NCBI RefSeq assembly: GCF_964204645.1
Contig: NC_134025.1
Span: 16,839,101 to 16,903,100 of the forward strand
Origin: Tubulanus polymorphus
Taxonomy: Eukaryota; Animalia; Nemertea
Direction: 5' to 3'
DNA: 64,000 nucleotides
Both the position numbers and the translations under genes were made by a program. Positions 38,801 through 49,371 of this stretch are shown here, one piece after another. Below the pieces are notes generated by a model that worked only from the letters and a program-made list of their open reading frames with translations, ran no database searches and was not told the origin of the DNA. Each line of letters opens with the position of its first letter. The first letter of the stretch is position 1.

Positions 38801-39393
38801 TCTATTATAATATATTACAACCACTTTTTGGAGAAAAACATATAGAAATATTATATTTTGATACCGATTCTTACATATTAAAGATAAAAACTGATAACAT
38901 AACTGATGATTTAAAAACATTAAAACATCATTTTGATTTCAGTAATTATCCTAAAGATCATGACTTGTTTAGCAATGATAATAAAAAAGTTCCCGGTAAA
39001 TTCAAAGATGAATTAGGTGGTGAAGAAATGATTGAATTCATAGGTATTCGATCTAAAATGTATTCATATAAAACTAAAGAACATGAAGCTAAAAAGTTAA
39101 AAGGAATAACCAAAAGTGAAGTAGAAAAGAATATTCATTTCAAAGATTACATCAATTGTATATTCAATGAAGAAGTTAGAAAACATAAGATGAGATGTTT
39201 AAGATCTGAAGATCATGAAATGTTTATTGAAGAAATTGAAAAGATAAGTCTAAACCCATTTGATGATAAAAGATATATTCTGGATGATGGAATTCATACA
39301 GTTGCTTATGGTTGCAATTTAGATGAATACTTAAAATTTAAAAGAGAAGAAACAAAAGAGAACGAGATAACGAAAAGAATTCTAACGTGTTAA
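35866..39393 (+). CDS. polB: Protein-primed family B DNA polymerase with embedded endonuclease VII-like domain
   Basis: FHNLSGYD (ExoII), YLKSDV (ExoIII), YIDANNLYG, KLMNNAFYGK, YFDTDS; CYYC..RDHDHLNGKFRGGAHENCNL. Confidence 0.97.
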   Translation: MKEIIKIITDVEYPKISISVKVKFIKSEDKPIYNINSHSQHIISKQHIDDKLDKCYNEVKTKIEEKYFEGSGLIFDEIIFMTLHVYNTKYNKLTKSKPIDENNVSYYKEPDIEASSYIKLPFKTNAVINVQNEDDKCFLWAIISCLHPTEDITHSFRLTHYKPFENNYKIDKYPVRIKNIPKIERDNNIKINVSDLIKLPNTKGNNIKHYTLEPLYLSKDYDSNGVIDILYYENHYMWIKQIDLFFKSENDHHKIYLCRKCLHRFSNESTLLNHKHLCENHDYCKLVLPNEKDKILEFKKYDYKNKVPFVIYGGFESLNKELTDQDRKEIYYKRKKLNSNENDFSDEPPKTNTIKKIHQSAAAFGLYIKSDYPELIESEYYHYRNENVINHFCDLLIEYEIRFSKLYNTNIEIIMTEEDKEEFAFAGKCYYCEKIFNYKDKKVRDHDHLNGKFRGGAHENCNLQAKKINFVPVIFHNLSGYDAHLFIKQLCHKIEEINNEIEILNSNRSKDKIPTYKFRMLAKTSENYISFQFGCLRFIDSYRFLNSSLDNLSKSLVDDELKILKQHYPNNDDFQLMRYKGAIPYSFYKSHNDFNMTELLKEQFYDELKNEYVKDEVYNRTLNIWNHFKIENHGQLVDLYLKSDVLLLTDIFERFRDVNLKYFNIDPCHCYSSPGLTWDCGLKFTNIKMDSLTNIDQLLLFEKSIRGGVSGVLGDRYFNVNDNPGYKLLYIDANNLYGWAMMEPQPYGVFELTEVLQNENNDKFDWKKRILDIADDSDTGYFFVVDLEYPEHIKFKSRNLAYCPEHKTVTHEELSNYQKRIKPENHIHTEKLMVTQEDKYNYIVHYRMLKFYLKQGMVLKKVHRYISFSQSKWLEKYIDFNIKQRTKAKTDFEKDFYKLMNNAFYGKTCENIRNRNDIELVSNGKRIRHLQSYPKFIGNRIFDENLAAVKMRRTSMKFNKPIYVGASVLELSKLLMYEFYYNILQPLFGEKHIEILYFDTDSYILKIKTDNITDDLKTLKHHFDFSNYPKDHDLFSNDNKKVPGKFKDELGGEEMIEFIGIRSKMYSYKTKEHEAKKLKGITKSEVEKNIHFKDYINCIFNEEVRKHKMRCLRSEDHEMFIEEIEKISLNPFDDKRYILDDGIHTVAYGCNLDEYLKFKREETKENEITKRILTC

Positions 39394-39422
39394 TCAAATT
39401 TTAATAAAAATATGTTATTAAA

Positions 39423-39776
39423 ATGGAGAGTAAACAAGCAAACAGTGAGAACAACAAATTATTTCTAGATAGAATTAAAGATATCACAAATGTAAAATCT
39501 GCAGATTATAAATTCAAAAAGTTAACAGAATTAACAATCCATATGAAATATCTAATTACAAATATTGATACAGTTACTAATAACTATGGAGATAAATTAG
39601 TTATTCACTTAGAATATGAAGGATTAAAAGGAAATACATATAAATTCAGAACATATTTACCGGATAGATTTCATAGATTATCAAGTGAAGATCTAGAAGA
39701 ATTATGTTCTGGTGATTTCTATTTCGTATACAAAGGTAAGAATGAAAAAGGGCACCATGAAATAGATTTCGAATAA
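39423..39776 (+). CDS. Small conserved protein next to polB (possible OB-fold ssDNA-binding protein)
   Basis: Homologue at 7377-7704; beta-rich pattern with YG and LP motifs; function inferred only. Confidence 0.6.
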   Translation: MESKQANSENNKLFLDRIKDITNVKSADYKFKKLTELTIHMKYLITNIDTVTNNYGDKLVIHLEYEGLKGNTYKFRTYLPDRFHRLSSEDLEELCSGDFYFVYKGKNEKGHHEIDFE

Positions 39777-39793
39777 GAAAATATGTAAAATAA

Positions 39794-40552
39794 ATGGCGG
39801 AATTAAAAGAATACAGAATATTTGTTGATTCTAGAAGGCTTACAAATTATAAATCTCATAATTTACTAGTTCAATTAGATAGAGAATTCAAGAATTGTGT
39901 AGATTTGAAATTAGTCAATATAAGTTTATGTAATTCTTTTTACAATATATCGAATAAAACTATTGAACATAATACTTTTTTAATTCATATTAGAAATGTA
40001 AATAAATGGTTTCATCTAATTTTAAAACCAGGATTATATAATTTAGAAACATTAGCTCAAGAAATCAATCGTAGAGCACGGTTGAAAATTAGAAAAGATG
40101 ATAAATTTTTAATAAGATTTTTAAAAAGTGATAGCTCAAATAAAATTAAAATAAAGGTATTTGATGAAAGTCAACATGCATTTATAGTAAAAAAACCACT
40201 AGCTAAATTGCTAGGAATTGCACCAGATGTTGTTACAGTAAACGTAGAAGGCATTTCAAATATAATACCTTTTACACACTTTTATATTTATTGCAATTTA
40301 ATCGATCCTACAAAAACATTCGAAGCAACTAAAGATATAACTTGTAATTCTGGTTTACAAAACATTTTACCATTGAAGAATGTTAAAGAATTTGGAACGC
40401 AAATAAATTATAATTTAACAGAATGTGATTTCAAACCTTGTATTCCACATTTCAATAATTTCAAATTAGAAATAAGAAATCATAATGGTTATTTAATTGA
40501 TTTGAATAACTTTCCTGTAATATATGAATTAGTTATAGGATGTAGAGAGTAA
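39794..40552 (+). CDS. Minor capsid protein (penton, single jelly-roll)
   Basis: IFVDS, NSFYNIS, PGLYN, FYIYCNLI, EIRNHNGYLIDL pattern and size typical of Polinton pentons. Confidence 0.8.
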   Translation: MAELKEYRIFVDSRRLTNYKSHNLLVQLDREFKNCVDLKLVNISLCNSFYNISNKTIEHNTFLIHIRNVNKWFHLILKPGLYNLETLAQEINRRARLKIRKDDKFLIRFLKSDSSNKIKIKVFDESQHAFIVKKPLAKLLGIAPDVVTVNVEGISNIIPFTHFYIYCNLIDPTKTFEATKDITCNSGLQNILPLKNVKEFGTQINYNLTECDFKPCIPHFNNFKLEIRNHNGYLIDLNNFPVIYELVIGCRE

Positions 40553-40568
40553 TTTTTTCATTATATAA

Positions 40569-40925
40569 ATGAATATAACTGTTGGGCCGAGCATATGTTT
40601 TGGATTTGATTTTAAACGTGAGAAAGAAATGAAATTTAACGTTACTGATGTAATTACACATATTAAAAATATTGCATTTTCTAATGAAACAACATTTGAG
40701 TATGAAACAACAATAGATAAAGAAACTTTTAATGTAGAAAAGATTACTAATTTAATTAGAGAATCTTTAAGATTTTATGAATTAGATGAAGATTTTATCA
40801 TCGATGATATTAAAAAAATAATAATTGAAATATATACAAATGAAACTAGTAATGAAATAAATGTTGAATTAATCATCACTAAGATAACTAAATATTTTGA
40901 TGATAGTAATTTCTTTGATAAATAA
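40569..40925 (+). CDS. Hypothetical acidic protein
   Basis: Open frame in a tightly packed gene array with T6-N7-TAAATG start. Confidence 0.7.
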   Translation: MNITVGPSICFGFDFKREKEMKFNVTDVITHIKNIAFSNETTFEYETTIDKETFNVEKITNLIRESLRFYELDEDFIIDDIKKIIIEIYTNETSNEINVELIITKITKYFDDSNFFDK

Positions 40926-41147
40926 ATGAGTGATAATAAGTGGATAATAACTGGATTATATAATGGCGCATTACTATCAGTTGGAACTGTTGGTTATTCA
41001 ATGGTATTAAAAAAAGTATTTAAAATGGGAAGTGTTAATGTTGATAGATTTGATATAAATGATATCTTAAAATTAACATTAGCAGTTACTTTATCTAATT
41101 TAACTATTGATTATTTGGAAAAACAAAAATATATTCCTCCCATATAA
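40926..41147 (+). CDS. Small hydrophobic/amphipathic protein
   Basis: TAAATG start abutting the upstream stop; GLYNGALLSVGTVGYSMVL and ILKLTLAVTLSNL segments. Confidence 0.75.
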   Translation: MSDNKWIITGLYNGALLSVGTVGYSMVLKKVFKMGSVNVDRFDINDILKLTLAVTLSNLTIDYLEKQKYIPPI

Positions 41148-41173
41148 ATGCATAATTTTTTTTTGCTAAATAA

Positions 41174-41596
41174 ATGGCTTCTGCAATTATAACTATTATA
41201 GGATCGGCAATTGTTAACGCTTTAGCATTTACTGGTGGCGGTTATTTATTTAAGCATATTGATAAAAATAGTTCATTAGGAGAACAAAGAAGACATAACT
41301 TAGCATTAGAGAAATACAATAAAGCAGCAGAAGAATATAGAGAAAAAAGACAAAACTATATGGATTATATTAACAAGGAATTATATGATCAGAAGATTTC
41401 ACATAGAGATTTTCAATCAGTTGATGATGCAATGAGTTTATATAACGCGGTAACCAATAAAGAAAAATTACATCTATACAAACCTAAATTATCAGATTAT
41501 TATACCCCAAGTAATGAACAGAAGAAATATGAAATAATATGGATTTTAGGTGGAACTGTTATTGTTATATTTGTTGCTTATAAGTTTACTAATTAA
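41174..41596 (+). CDS. Putative membrane-active virion protein
   Basis: Hydrophobic N-terminus, EQRRHNLALE coiled segment, C-terminal TM IIWILGGTVIVIFVAY. Confidence 0.75.
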   Translation: MASAIITIIGSAIVNALAFTGGGYLFKHIDKNSSLGEQRRHNLALEKYNKAAEEYREKRQNYMDYINKELYDQKISHRDFQSVDDAMSLYNAVTNKEKLHLYKPKLSDYYTPSNEQKKYEIIWILGGTVIVIFVAYKFTN

Positions 41597-41621
41597 TTAT
41601 TTATTATTTTTTGTTAAATAA

Positions 41622-42083
41622 ATGGATGATAAAGTTGATAATATTGATATTATTCCTCATGATATAAATAAAACTAAATTAAAAATATATTTAGAAAAAC
41701 AAATATTAGAATTTGAAAGTGACTTAAAAGTAAAAAAGAAAAAATATCTAAAAAGTAAAATTATATATTATTTGATTATAAATGGTTCGGTTACAATTAG
41801 TTCTGTAATAACATTTCTAGCAATATTCAGTCCATTAACACCTTTAGCTATATCAATTGGTGTGTTAGGATTAAGTTCAAGTGTTTTAACTGGTATAAGT
41901 TCGAAATTGAATATTAAAAGTAATAAAGAAAAAATTAAAACTAATATAAAAGAAATTAATAAATTAAAGAATACACTAGATTATATAATAAGTTTAAATG
42001 GTCATATAACAGTTGAAGAACAAGATAAATTATTAAAAGAATTAATAAATTATCAATTTTTTAATTATATAAATGGCAGATAG
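41622..42083 (+). CDS. Two-TM membrane protein flanked by coiled coils
   Basis: IIYYLIINGSVTISSVITFLAIF and LAISIGVLGLSSSVLTGI. Confidence 0.75.
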   Translation: MDDKVDNIDIIPHDINKTKLKIYLEKQILEFESDLKVKKKKYLKSKIIYYLIINGSVTISSVITFLAIFSPLTPLAISIGVLGLSSSVLTGISSKLNIKSNKEKIKTNIKEINKLKNTLDYIISLNGHITVEEQDKLLKELINYQFFNYINGR

Positions 42084-43458
42084 TTTTCCAAAAGATTTCC
42101 AATATAATAAATCAATTAAATATAATATTCCAGCAATAGATTTTAATAAAGATATTACATATAGAAATGAAGTTTTAGATTCATTAACTAATTTAGAAAT
42201 TTATGTTACTGAAACTAATAATTTTAATGCAAAGATGGAAAATATATTTCATGTATATTTAATTAATTTTAAAAAATTGAAAGATGAAAAACAATGGTTA
42301 TTAAAATCTAACATGAAGTATTGGCAGAACCAATTAAATTTTGCTGTTTATTGTGCAACAACAGGATGTGGAATAAGTTGGAATGATCATTTGAATAATT
42401 CTAAATATAAACTAATTCAAAGTTTATTTAGATTTCATACATACTTTCAAATCAGAATAATATTAAATGAATTAGAGTGCGCTTTACCAGGATCTAGGTA
42501 TTTTAAAGAATTAGATAATAATATTAATTTATCAAAGTTTTATAAAATTTGTAATGAATTTAATATAGATATAAATAATTCTGATTTTAGAACAAAAATT
42601 GTAACAATAAGATCACTTTCTTGCCCCAAAAAGATTGCAGAATATTGTGCACTTCCCATACCATCTAATAGTTTGTATAATATCTATAGTCATAAATTAG
42701 GTTATGGTAAAATAGAAACTAAGGATTTAGAAACATTAAATTTTAATAAATTACCGACATTTTATGATAATTTAAAACAAGAAAACAATAATGGTTGGGT
42801 TTATTTCATTTTAGGAAATAATGAAGGTTTTACAAAATCAGGTATACAAAGAATAAATCAATCTATTAGAACTTATTTGATATGTATTCTAGGTGCACAA
42901 GTTGAAACAAGATCACCGATAATTGGAAATTTAAATACATCATTCGATACACAAAAACAATTTAAAGTTTTATTTGAAGATTCCATTCATAATGATAAAA
43001 ATAGATCGATTCCAGAAAACATTATAAGATATCAAAATTATTTAGATAAATCTCATGTAAGACTAAATTATTGTATAGGCCCTAATCTATTAATTATTTC
43101 TAATGATTTAGTATTGAAGATGGGAAATATAATTGGTTATAATAATCTAATTAAAACTGCAACAATAAATAATTCATTTGGATTAAATGATATAAATAAA
43201 AAGATTATTACCGCCCCAAAATTAATGGAAGGTGAAAAAAATAAAAAACATATTCAATCAACAGAAACTAAAACTAAGAATATTAAATTAAATAATGATT
43301 CTAAACCGGATTATAATACATCAGAAAATATTAAAACTGATAATATTCAACATGATATAATTAAAACTGATAATGATAATAAATTACATGAAAATACTAA
43401 ATTAGCTATAACTTGTATAGGAATTGTAATCGGAGGAATATTATATTTTAAATTTTAA
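42073..43458 (+). CDS. Conserved 461-aa hypothetical protein with C-terminal TM anchor
   Basis: Long open frame; WQNQLNFAVYCATTGCGIS motif; LAITCIGIVIGGILYF tail; homologue in copy A. Confidence 0.85.
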   Translation: MADSFPKDFQYNKSIKYNIPAIDFNKDITYRNEVLDSLTNLEIYVTETNNFNAKMENIFHVYLINFKKLKDEKQWLLKSNMKYWQNQLNFAVYCATTGCGISWNDHLNNSKYKLIQSLFRFHTYFQIRIILNELECALPGSRYFKELDNNINLSKFYKICNEFNIDINNSDFRTKIVTIRSLSCPKKIAEYCALPIPSNSLYNIYSHKLGYGKIETKDLETLNFNKLPTFYDNLKQENNNGWVYFILGNNEGFTKSGIQRINQSIRTYLICILGAQVETRSPIIGNLNTSFDTQKQFKVLFEDSIHNDKNRSIPENIIRYQNYLDKSHVRLNYCIGPNLLIISNDLVLKMGNIIGYNNLIKTATINNSFGLNDINKKIITAPKLMEGEKNKKHIQSTETKTKNIKLNNDSKPDYNTSENIKTDNIQHDIIKTDNDNKLHENTKLAITCIGIVIGGILYFKF

Positions 43459-43474
43459 GTTTTTTATTATGTAA

Positions 43475-44875
43475 ATGGCAGAAGGTGGGGAAGATATTCC
43501 ATTGAATCCTTTTGGTGATGAACCCGGTATAAGTGATGAACCACAACCTGATTTTAATGAAACTAATATTGATAATGATGATGAATCAGCATATAATTCT
43601 AATTTAGCAGATAGTGGTTCTAAAGTCCCATCAACAGAAGAAAATGATAGAAGAATTAGATCGAGAATACCTACTGAAAATTTAGACCCAGGTTTAGAAA
43701 GAGAAAATTTAGAAAATTATGAATTTATGTATGAATTTCAACATGTATTTAAAGAATCTGGATATAATATAAATGATAGAGGCGCTAGAGTTTTAGTACA
43801 AGAATTAAAATCTTTAGATGGTGAATATTATTATCATTTGAAAGATGATTATTATATTGATATCTCTTATAAAAAACAAAACAAAATATTAGCAGAATCA
43901 ACTTTGCTTAAGTCTGACTCATTACTATCTAGAATTAAAATAATAAGAAATGGTAATGAAATAGAAGATGTAACACAAGAAGAAATTATTAAAAATGAAA
44001 GAGTATTTAAACAAAGAATTAATGAATTATTTGAAACAATCAAAGATAATCCAGAAACAGAAACAACTTCTGAACAGAATAAAACTTCCAAAACTAGTAA
44101 ACTTAAATCAAATAAAGTTCCAATTGAAAAACTTTTACCGAATGGATTACTTGATGCAACAGATCAAGAATTAGAAGATTTAGATATATTTTCTGATAAA
44201 GCAATTAGAGAGATTATTAGTATAAGAAATGCATCTGATAAAATTGCGCATGATAAAAGTATAAGAGATTTTAAAATTAGAACTTTAGAAAAAGAATTAA
44301 CTGATAAAAATAAAGAAATAGAACAATTAAAGTCTGATTTAGATCATCAAGTAATTGATGAAATAGAATATAGGCAAAAAGAATTACGTTTAGAAAAAGA
44401 AAAAGATGATTTAGAATATAACATAGAATTACAAAAAGAAGAAATTAAATTATTATTAAAATCATATGATTATAATATTAATAGATTAAAAGATGTTTTT
44501 AAAAGATATCTAATAAAACCAGATTCTAAAATATCATTGAAAGATAGAATAAAATTATTATTTAAGTTTGAAGGAATAACAATTCTTTCAATTCTAACAG
44601 CTGTAACTATGTTATTTACAACAATAGGTTTAGCAATATCAAATGCTTTGAAATCTACTCCTACTCCCAATAAACCGGATAAACCCCCGAATGACAATAA
44701 TTCTATACAAGATAAAGTTAAGGATGGTTTAAAGAAATTAGCAAAATATTTATGGGAACTATCTAAAAAATCTGCTGCAGCATTGCCAGGAGTTATTGCA
44801 TCAATTGTTGGTTTTATATTGAAATCTGCTGGGAATATTCTTAACTTTGCTGCTGAACATATTATTTTATTTTAA
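43475..44875 (+). CDS. Acidic/coiled-coil protein with C-terminal TM helices (last helix cut by a frameshift)
   Basis: Homologue at 572-2007 continues LITVVSAIIFGLV; 1-nt indel near 44873. Confidence 0.8.
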   Translation: MAEGGEDIPLNPFGDEPGISDEPQPDFNETNIDNDDESAYNSNLADSGSKVPSTEENDRRIRSRIPTENLDPGLERENLENYEFMYEFQHVFKESGYNINDRGARVLVQELKSLDGEYYYHLKDDYYIDISYKKQNKILAESTLLKSDSLLSRIKIIRNGNEIEDVTQEEIIKNERVFKQRINELFETIKDNPETETTSEQNKTSKTSKLKSNKVPIEKLLPNGLLDATDQELEDLDIFSDKAIREIISIRNASDKIAHDKSIRDFKIRTLEKELTDKNKEIEQLKSDLDHQVIDEIEYRQKELRLEKEKDDLEYNIELQKEEIKLLLKSYDYNINRLKDVFKRYLIKPDSKISLKDRIKLLFKFEGITILSILTAVTMLFTTIGLAISNALKSTPTPNKPDKPPNDNNSIQDKVKDGLKKLAKYLWELSKKSAAALPGVIASIVGFILKSAGNILNFAAEHIILF

Positions 44876-44979
44876 AATTACAGTTGTAAGTGCTATTATT
44901 TTTGGGTTAGTAAATATGATATCAAAAAATATCAAGTAACCATGATTAAAAATAAATAATTAATTTCTTTGTTAAATAA

Positions 44980-46227
44980 ATGAGTGGGAGTTATATCAAT
45001 CCTTCTAAGAATCATAGAATATCTAATGCTATTAAAGCAGAAAGATCACATCAGATAATTACTAATAACCCTTCTAATATTAATCCTGGTGAAACTTTAT
45101 ATGTTAGAATTCATAGATTAACACAAAATACTTTTTATGTTCCAAATAGTATTTATTTATCAGCCGATATAAAAGTAACTGGCCATGATAACAATTATGT
45201 TGTTGATAATGTTGAAAGATATTTGATTAAAAAATTAACTATAAAGATTGGTCCGGAAACAGTTTTCTCATTAGATGATTATAATTTATTTATGCATTAT
45301 AAAGATTAATGGTTAACTAAAGAAAATAGAAATAATATGATATTTCAGGGTATTCAATCGGAAAACCATAATAAATTAAGATCAGGAGCTAATGACGCAA
45401 TAGTAACTCGTGCCACAGATAATTTGATAAAAAAGATTTATGGAAGCAAATATAAAATTCCATTAGACTTTGAATTGATAAATAATAATGCACCTTTATA
45501 TAAATACGCAATTCAAGAAGACGTTATATTCGAAATAACATTTGCTCCTGTAAATGAAATTGTATTATCTAGCGTTGTTAAAGATATGAGTTATGAATTA
45601 TCGAATATATGTTTAGAATATGATACAGTAACTGATGAAAATATTGCTAACACAATTCAAACTCAATACAATCAAGGATTTTCATTATTATATGATTATA
45701 TTGATAAATTTAAAACCGTAACTATTAATGCAAATGATGAAATTATTAATGAGAATATTAACTTCCCAAGAAGATCTATTAAAGGTATATTAATATTTTT
45801 TACCATTGCAACATATACTAATGGTGCAATAAATGTTGATAATTATTATAATCCTGAAATAACAAAAGTAAAAATAACTATCGAAGGAATAGCAAATAAA
45901 ATATTTTGTCAAGGAATGAGAATGATTGATCAATGGCCAGAAATTAGAAAACATTTTATGAATGAAAATGTGAAATCATCTGAAAATTGTAATATTAATC
46001 AAATTGATTATTATACCGGTAATAAATATGCATTATGGTTAGATTTTAAAACAACAGAGGATAATTCATTACATGGTTCTGGAAAAAAACTACAAAACAC
46101 TAAAGATGGAATACAATTATTCATGACAAAGAAAAAGGGAAGCCTAAATTTCAAAATGCATATTTATATTATATCTGACGCGCAATTAAATATTGTAAAT
46201 TCACAATTAGATAGTGTTATGTATTAA
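44980..46227 (+). pseudogene. Major capsid protein (double jelly-roll), single nonsense mutation
   Basis: 416-codon frame with TAA at 45307-45309 where copy A has TTA (Leu); beta-rich; size and context fit the MCP. Confidence 0.85.
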
Positions 46228-46259
46228 AATTTTAACTTTAATAAAAAATCTTATATTAA

Positions 46260-47099
46260 ATGGAAGGAGGTAAAGTATATAAACATATTCCATACATCGA
46301 TACACATGAAAATAATGATGGTTTATATTATGTAATACCTTGTAATATAGCTTTGATATTTGATCCTATTTTCAAAATTTATAAAACTAAACTAATAGAA
46401 ATCGATAATAATAAAAGTGGTGTTGTTGATAATTTAAGTAATGTAATTGATAATAATGTAATACCTACTACAGTAATACCTACTACAGTAATACCTACTA
46501 CATCTAATAATGTAATACCTACTACATATAATAATGCAATAATGTTAAATGTTAGTGAAAATAGAAATTATTGTGATTATTGTAAAGGTGAATTTTCAAA
46601 CGCTCCATCAAATTGGAATAAACATATGAATACAAAGGTACATATTACTAATGTTATAGAACGTGTTGGTTTAAGAGAATTTATAGAACACCCATTTAGA
46701 TATGTTACAAAGTTTGTTTCAAATAAAAAAGTAAATGGTAAAGAATTATATGAAGATTTTTTATTAGCAACACCTAATAAAGATGAATTAGATTTAACTG
46801 ATGCTAATGAAATATTAGGATCAAACACTGTAAATGAAATATTAGGAGCAAAGACTAATAAAGATTCTATGAAACATAAAGTAGAAAATAATGATAACTT
46901 TGATTGGATGAATAAGCATAACAATGAAACAACTATTGATGATTCGGTAAAAAAGGTGAAAAATAAGTATAAAAATAATAAAGAATTTGAAGAAGAAAAT
47001 TCGGTAGAGAATTTGAAAAAATTGATGGGGTATGATAGTGAATTGGAGAGTGATGATGAAAGTGATTCAGAAAGTAATTATCTAACACTCAAAAAGTAA
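46260..47099 (+). CDS. Zinc-finger protein with VIPTT repeats and acidic tail
   Basis: YCDYC..NWNKHMNTKVH; repeated gtaatacctacta units; absent at this position in copy A. Confidence 0.75.
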   Translation: MEGGKVYKHIPYIDTHENNDGLYYVIPCNIALIFDPIFKIYKTKLIEIDNNKSGVVDNLSNVIDNNVIPTTVIPTTVIPTTSNNVIPTTYNNAIMLNVSENRNYCDYCKGEFSNAPSNWNKHMNTKVHITNVIERVGLREFIEHPFRYVTKFVSNKKVNGKELYEDFLLATPNKDELDLTDANEILGSNTVNEILGAKTNKDSMKHKVENNDNFDWMNKHNNETTIDDSVKKVKNKYKNNKEFEEENSVENLKKLMGYDSELESDDESDSESNYLTLKK

Positions 47100-47158
47100 T
47101 AAAGGTTGAAAATTGTATAAAATAATAGTAAATAAAAAAGGGGTTTTTAAGTATTTAA

Positions 47159-47238
47159 GGTATCTAATAGGGTATCAGGTATTAGGGTATCAGGTATTAG
47201 GGTATCTAATGGGGTATCAGGTATTAGGGTATCTAATA
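47159..47238. repeat. 16-bp-type tandem repeat (gggtatcaggtatta) between convergent gene blocks
   Basis: Direct read. Confidence 0.85.
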
Positions 47239-47254
47239 CATAGTCATATAAATT

Positions 47255-47866
47255 TTATTTTATAAATTTATATTCATAGGGAAATTGTAGTCTCAGTAAT
47301 AATTTTGAACCTTTATTATTCTTTAATTTATTCATATATTCATCGTGTAATTCAGTAGGTATAATTTGATTTTCTTCCAATGATTGTTGCATAGATTTTT
47401 TATCTTTGTTATAAAATAAAACTAGAAATCTTATATCCTCCCTAAAGTCTTAAACAATTGAATTATATTTTTGATTTAAAACCCATGTTGTTATCCCAAA
47501 ATGTCTCCCAGAGAAAGCTAAATAACATAACTCACTTTCTCTCACTTTTGAATCATGTAAATTAGCGCAATCATCTATAATGAATAATGTATTTGATCCT
47601 TTATAAGTATCAATTGCTATTTTTATACAATTATCTAAATTTTCTTTTACTGTTTTAGGGTCTAATATAATAAACTTTTTCTTCTTAACTATATCTCTAT
47701 TATATGTTTTATTCATTTCATAAGTAGGACAGAATAATATTATATTATCAAAATGATTCTTATAAATAGTTTCTAACAAATCTAATATGAAATGTGTTTT
47801 ACCACAGTTTGTTACTCCAGTAACTAACATATTATGCGGTTCAAATATAAATAAATCTTTATTCAT
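47255..47866 (-). pseudogene. Packaging ATPase with one nonsense mutation
   Basis: GVTNCGKT, FIIDD, GRH; TAA at 47450-47452 replaces Lys; frame continues DFREDIRFL..QFPYEYKFIK. Confidence 0.9.
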
Positions 47867-48971
47867 TTATTCTTTTAATTTTACTAGATAAAATCCATTC
47901 ATTAAATTTATCATCGTATCCTTTATATTTCACCAAAGAATACTTTTTTCCTTTAAGAGTTTTTGTTTTCAATACTTTTTCTATTTTGTATTCTATTTCA
48001 TCTGGATTTGGTACAAGTGATAATTCTTGTTCATAGAAATAACCTAATATTTCTTCATCTTTTAGATCTTCTAATTTATAAACAAAAGGTTTAGTTAATA
48101 TTATCTTTTTAATCTTGAATATTTCTTCTGTAAAATTTGGGGTATAACCTTTATAAAATGTTTTTCGATATTTAGATATTCTTACGTGTTGTCCTATTTT
48201 AAATTTAGGTTCACCGAAATCGTGTGTAACAAACGCTCCATATAAATTATTCCAAACTATTTCCGAATTATCTTCTTTTCTAGCTTGTATAGGTTTCATA
48301 TTTATAGAACTATGTTTAGAATTATCATAACCTTTCACTAAATCATCTAACACATCGATATATTTATATGTTTCATTAGCAGTAAAGTATTTCCACATTC
48401 TAGTTTTCAATGTTTTATTAAATCTTTCTATAATAGATGCTTTTTTATCTGAGTGTGTTGAAAAATAATCTACATCGTTATCAGATAATAGTTTTTTGAA
48501 ATGTTTGTTATAAAATTCCTTACCTTCATCAAATTGTATCTAATCTGGAATAGCTTCTTTAAATATAGATTTAAAAGCATTTGTAACTTCTATTCCAGTT
48601 TTATTTTTGATTGGAATTGACCATGCGTATCTACTGAATATGTCTATAACATTCAGTATCCAGAAATATCCTTTGTTGTATTCCTCTAAGTTCTTCATAT
48701 CAATTAAATCTGCTTGCCATTGTTGATCGATATATGAAACCATAACTTTTCTTGTTAAATAAGTTTTATCCATTTTCTTGTGGATTTGATATGTTGGTTG
48801 ATTTTGTAACCATGATTTTAATTCGCTATATTTTATACCACCATGTGGGCGCCATACGGCACCATCACCATTATCAGATTTAATTTTATTCCATAATTCT
48901 GAAACGTTAGAATATGATACTTCACTCTCTGGGTTATAATAAAAATCTCTTAAATATTGTTCTTTTTTCAT
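47859..48971 (-). pseudogene. int: rve integrase with chromodomain, one nonsense mutation
   Basis: QWQADLIDM, IQFDEGKEF, ERFNKTLK, chromodomain; in-frame TAG at 48540-48542. Confidence 0.92.
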
Positions 48972-48977
48972 CTTATT

Positions 48978-49346
48978 TTAATCCATTAATAATAATTTAG
49001 ATTTAGTTTCAATGGCTTTATGATTTGACTTATTTTCTGGTATGATAGGTTTATTGTCATTGGAATCATCTTTATCATCAGATTTGAATTTTGATTTATA
49101 TATTACACCGGATAATATAATAACTGTTACTAATCCAATTGTAATATATAATTTATAATTACTTCCAGCATTAGAAGAATCAGATGGATTATTATTTGAA
49201 TCAATATCAGATAAAGTCTGTGATTCATTTATATCAGTTAATTTCTTTTTCTTAGCTTTTTTTAATTCTGAAGATCTTTTACCTAATTCTCTTGCCCATT
49301 TAATTTGTTTCTCGGATCTAGCCTTTTTCTTAACGCCATCACTCAT
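48978..49346 (-). CDS. Small basic protein with one TM helix
   Basis: Homologue of 5895-6251; LYITIGLVTVIILSGVIY. Confidence 0.8.
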   Translation of the reverse strand: MSDGVKKKARSEKQIKWARELGKRSSELKKAKKKKLTDINESQTLSDIDSNNNPSDSSNAGSNYKLYITIGLVTVIILSGVIYKSKFKSDDKDDSNDNKPIIPENKSNHKAIETKSKLLLMD

Positions 49347-49371
49347 TTATTTTAGTTAATTTTTGTTCTGA

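Noticed and set aside
45307-48542. Single stops in MCP, ATPase and integrase as programmed readthrough or an alternative genetic code
   Set aside because: Copy A has sense codons at those positions and its own different lesions; about 1% TIR divergence is compatible with neutral decay
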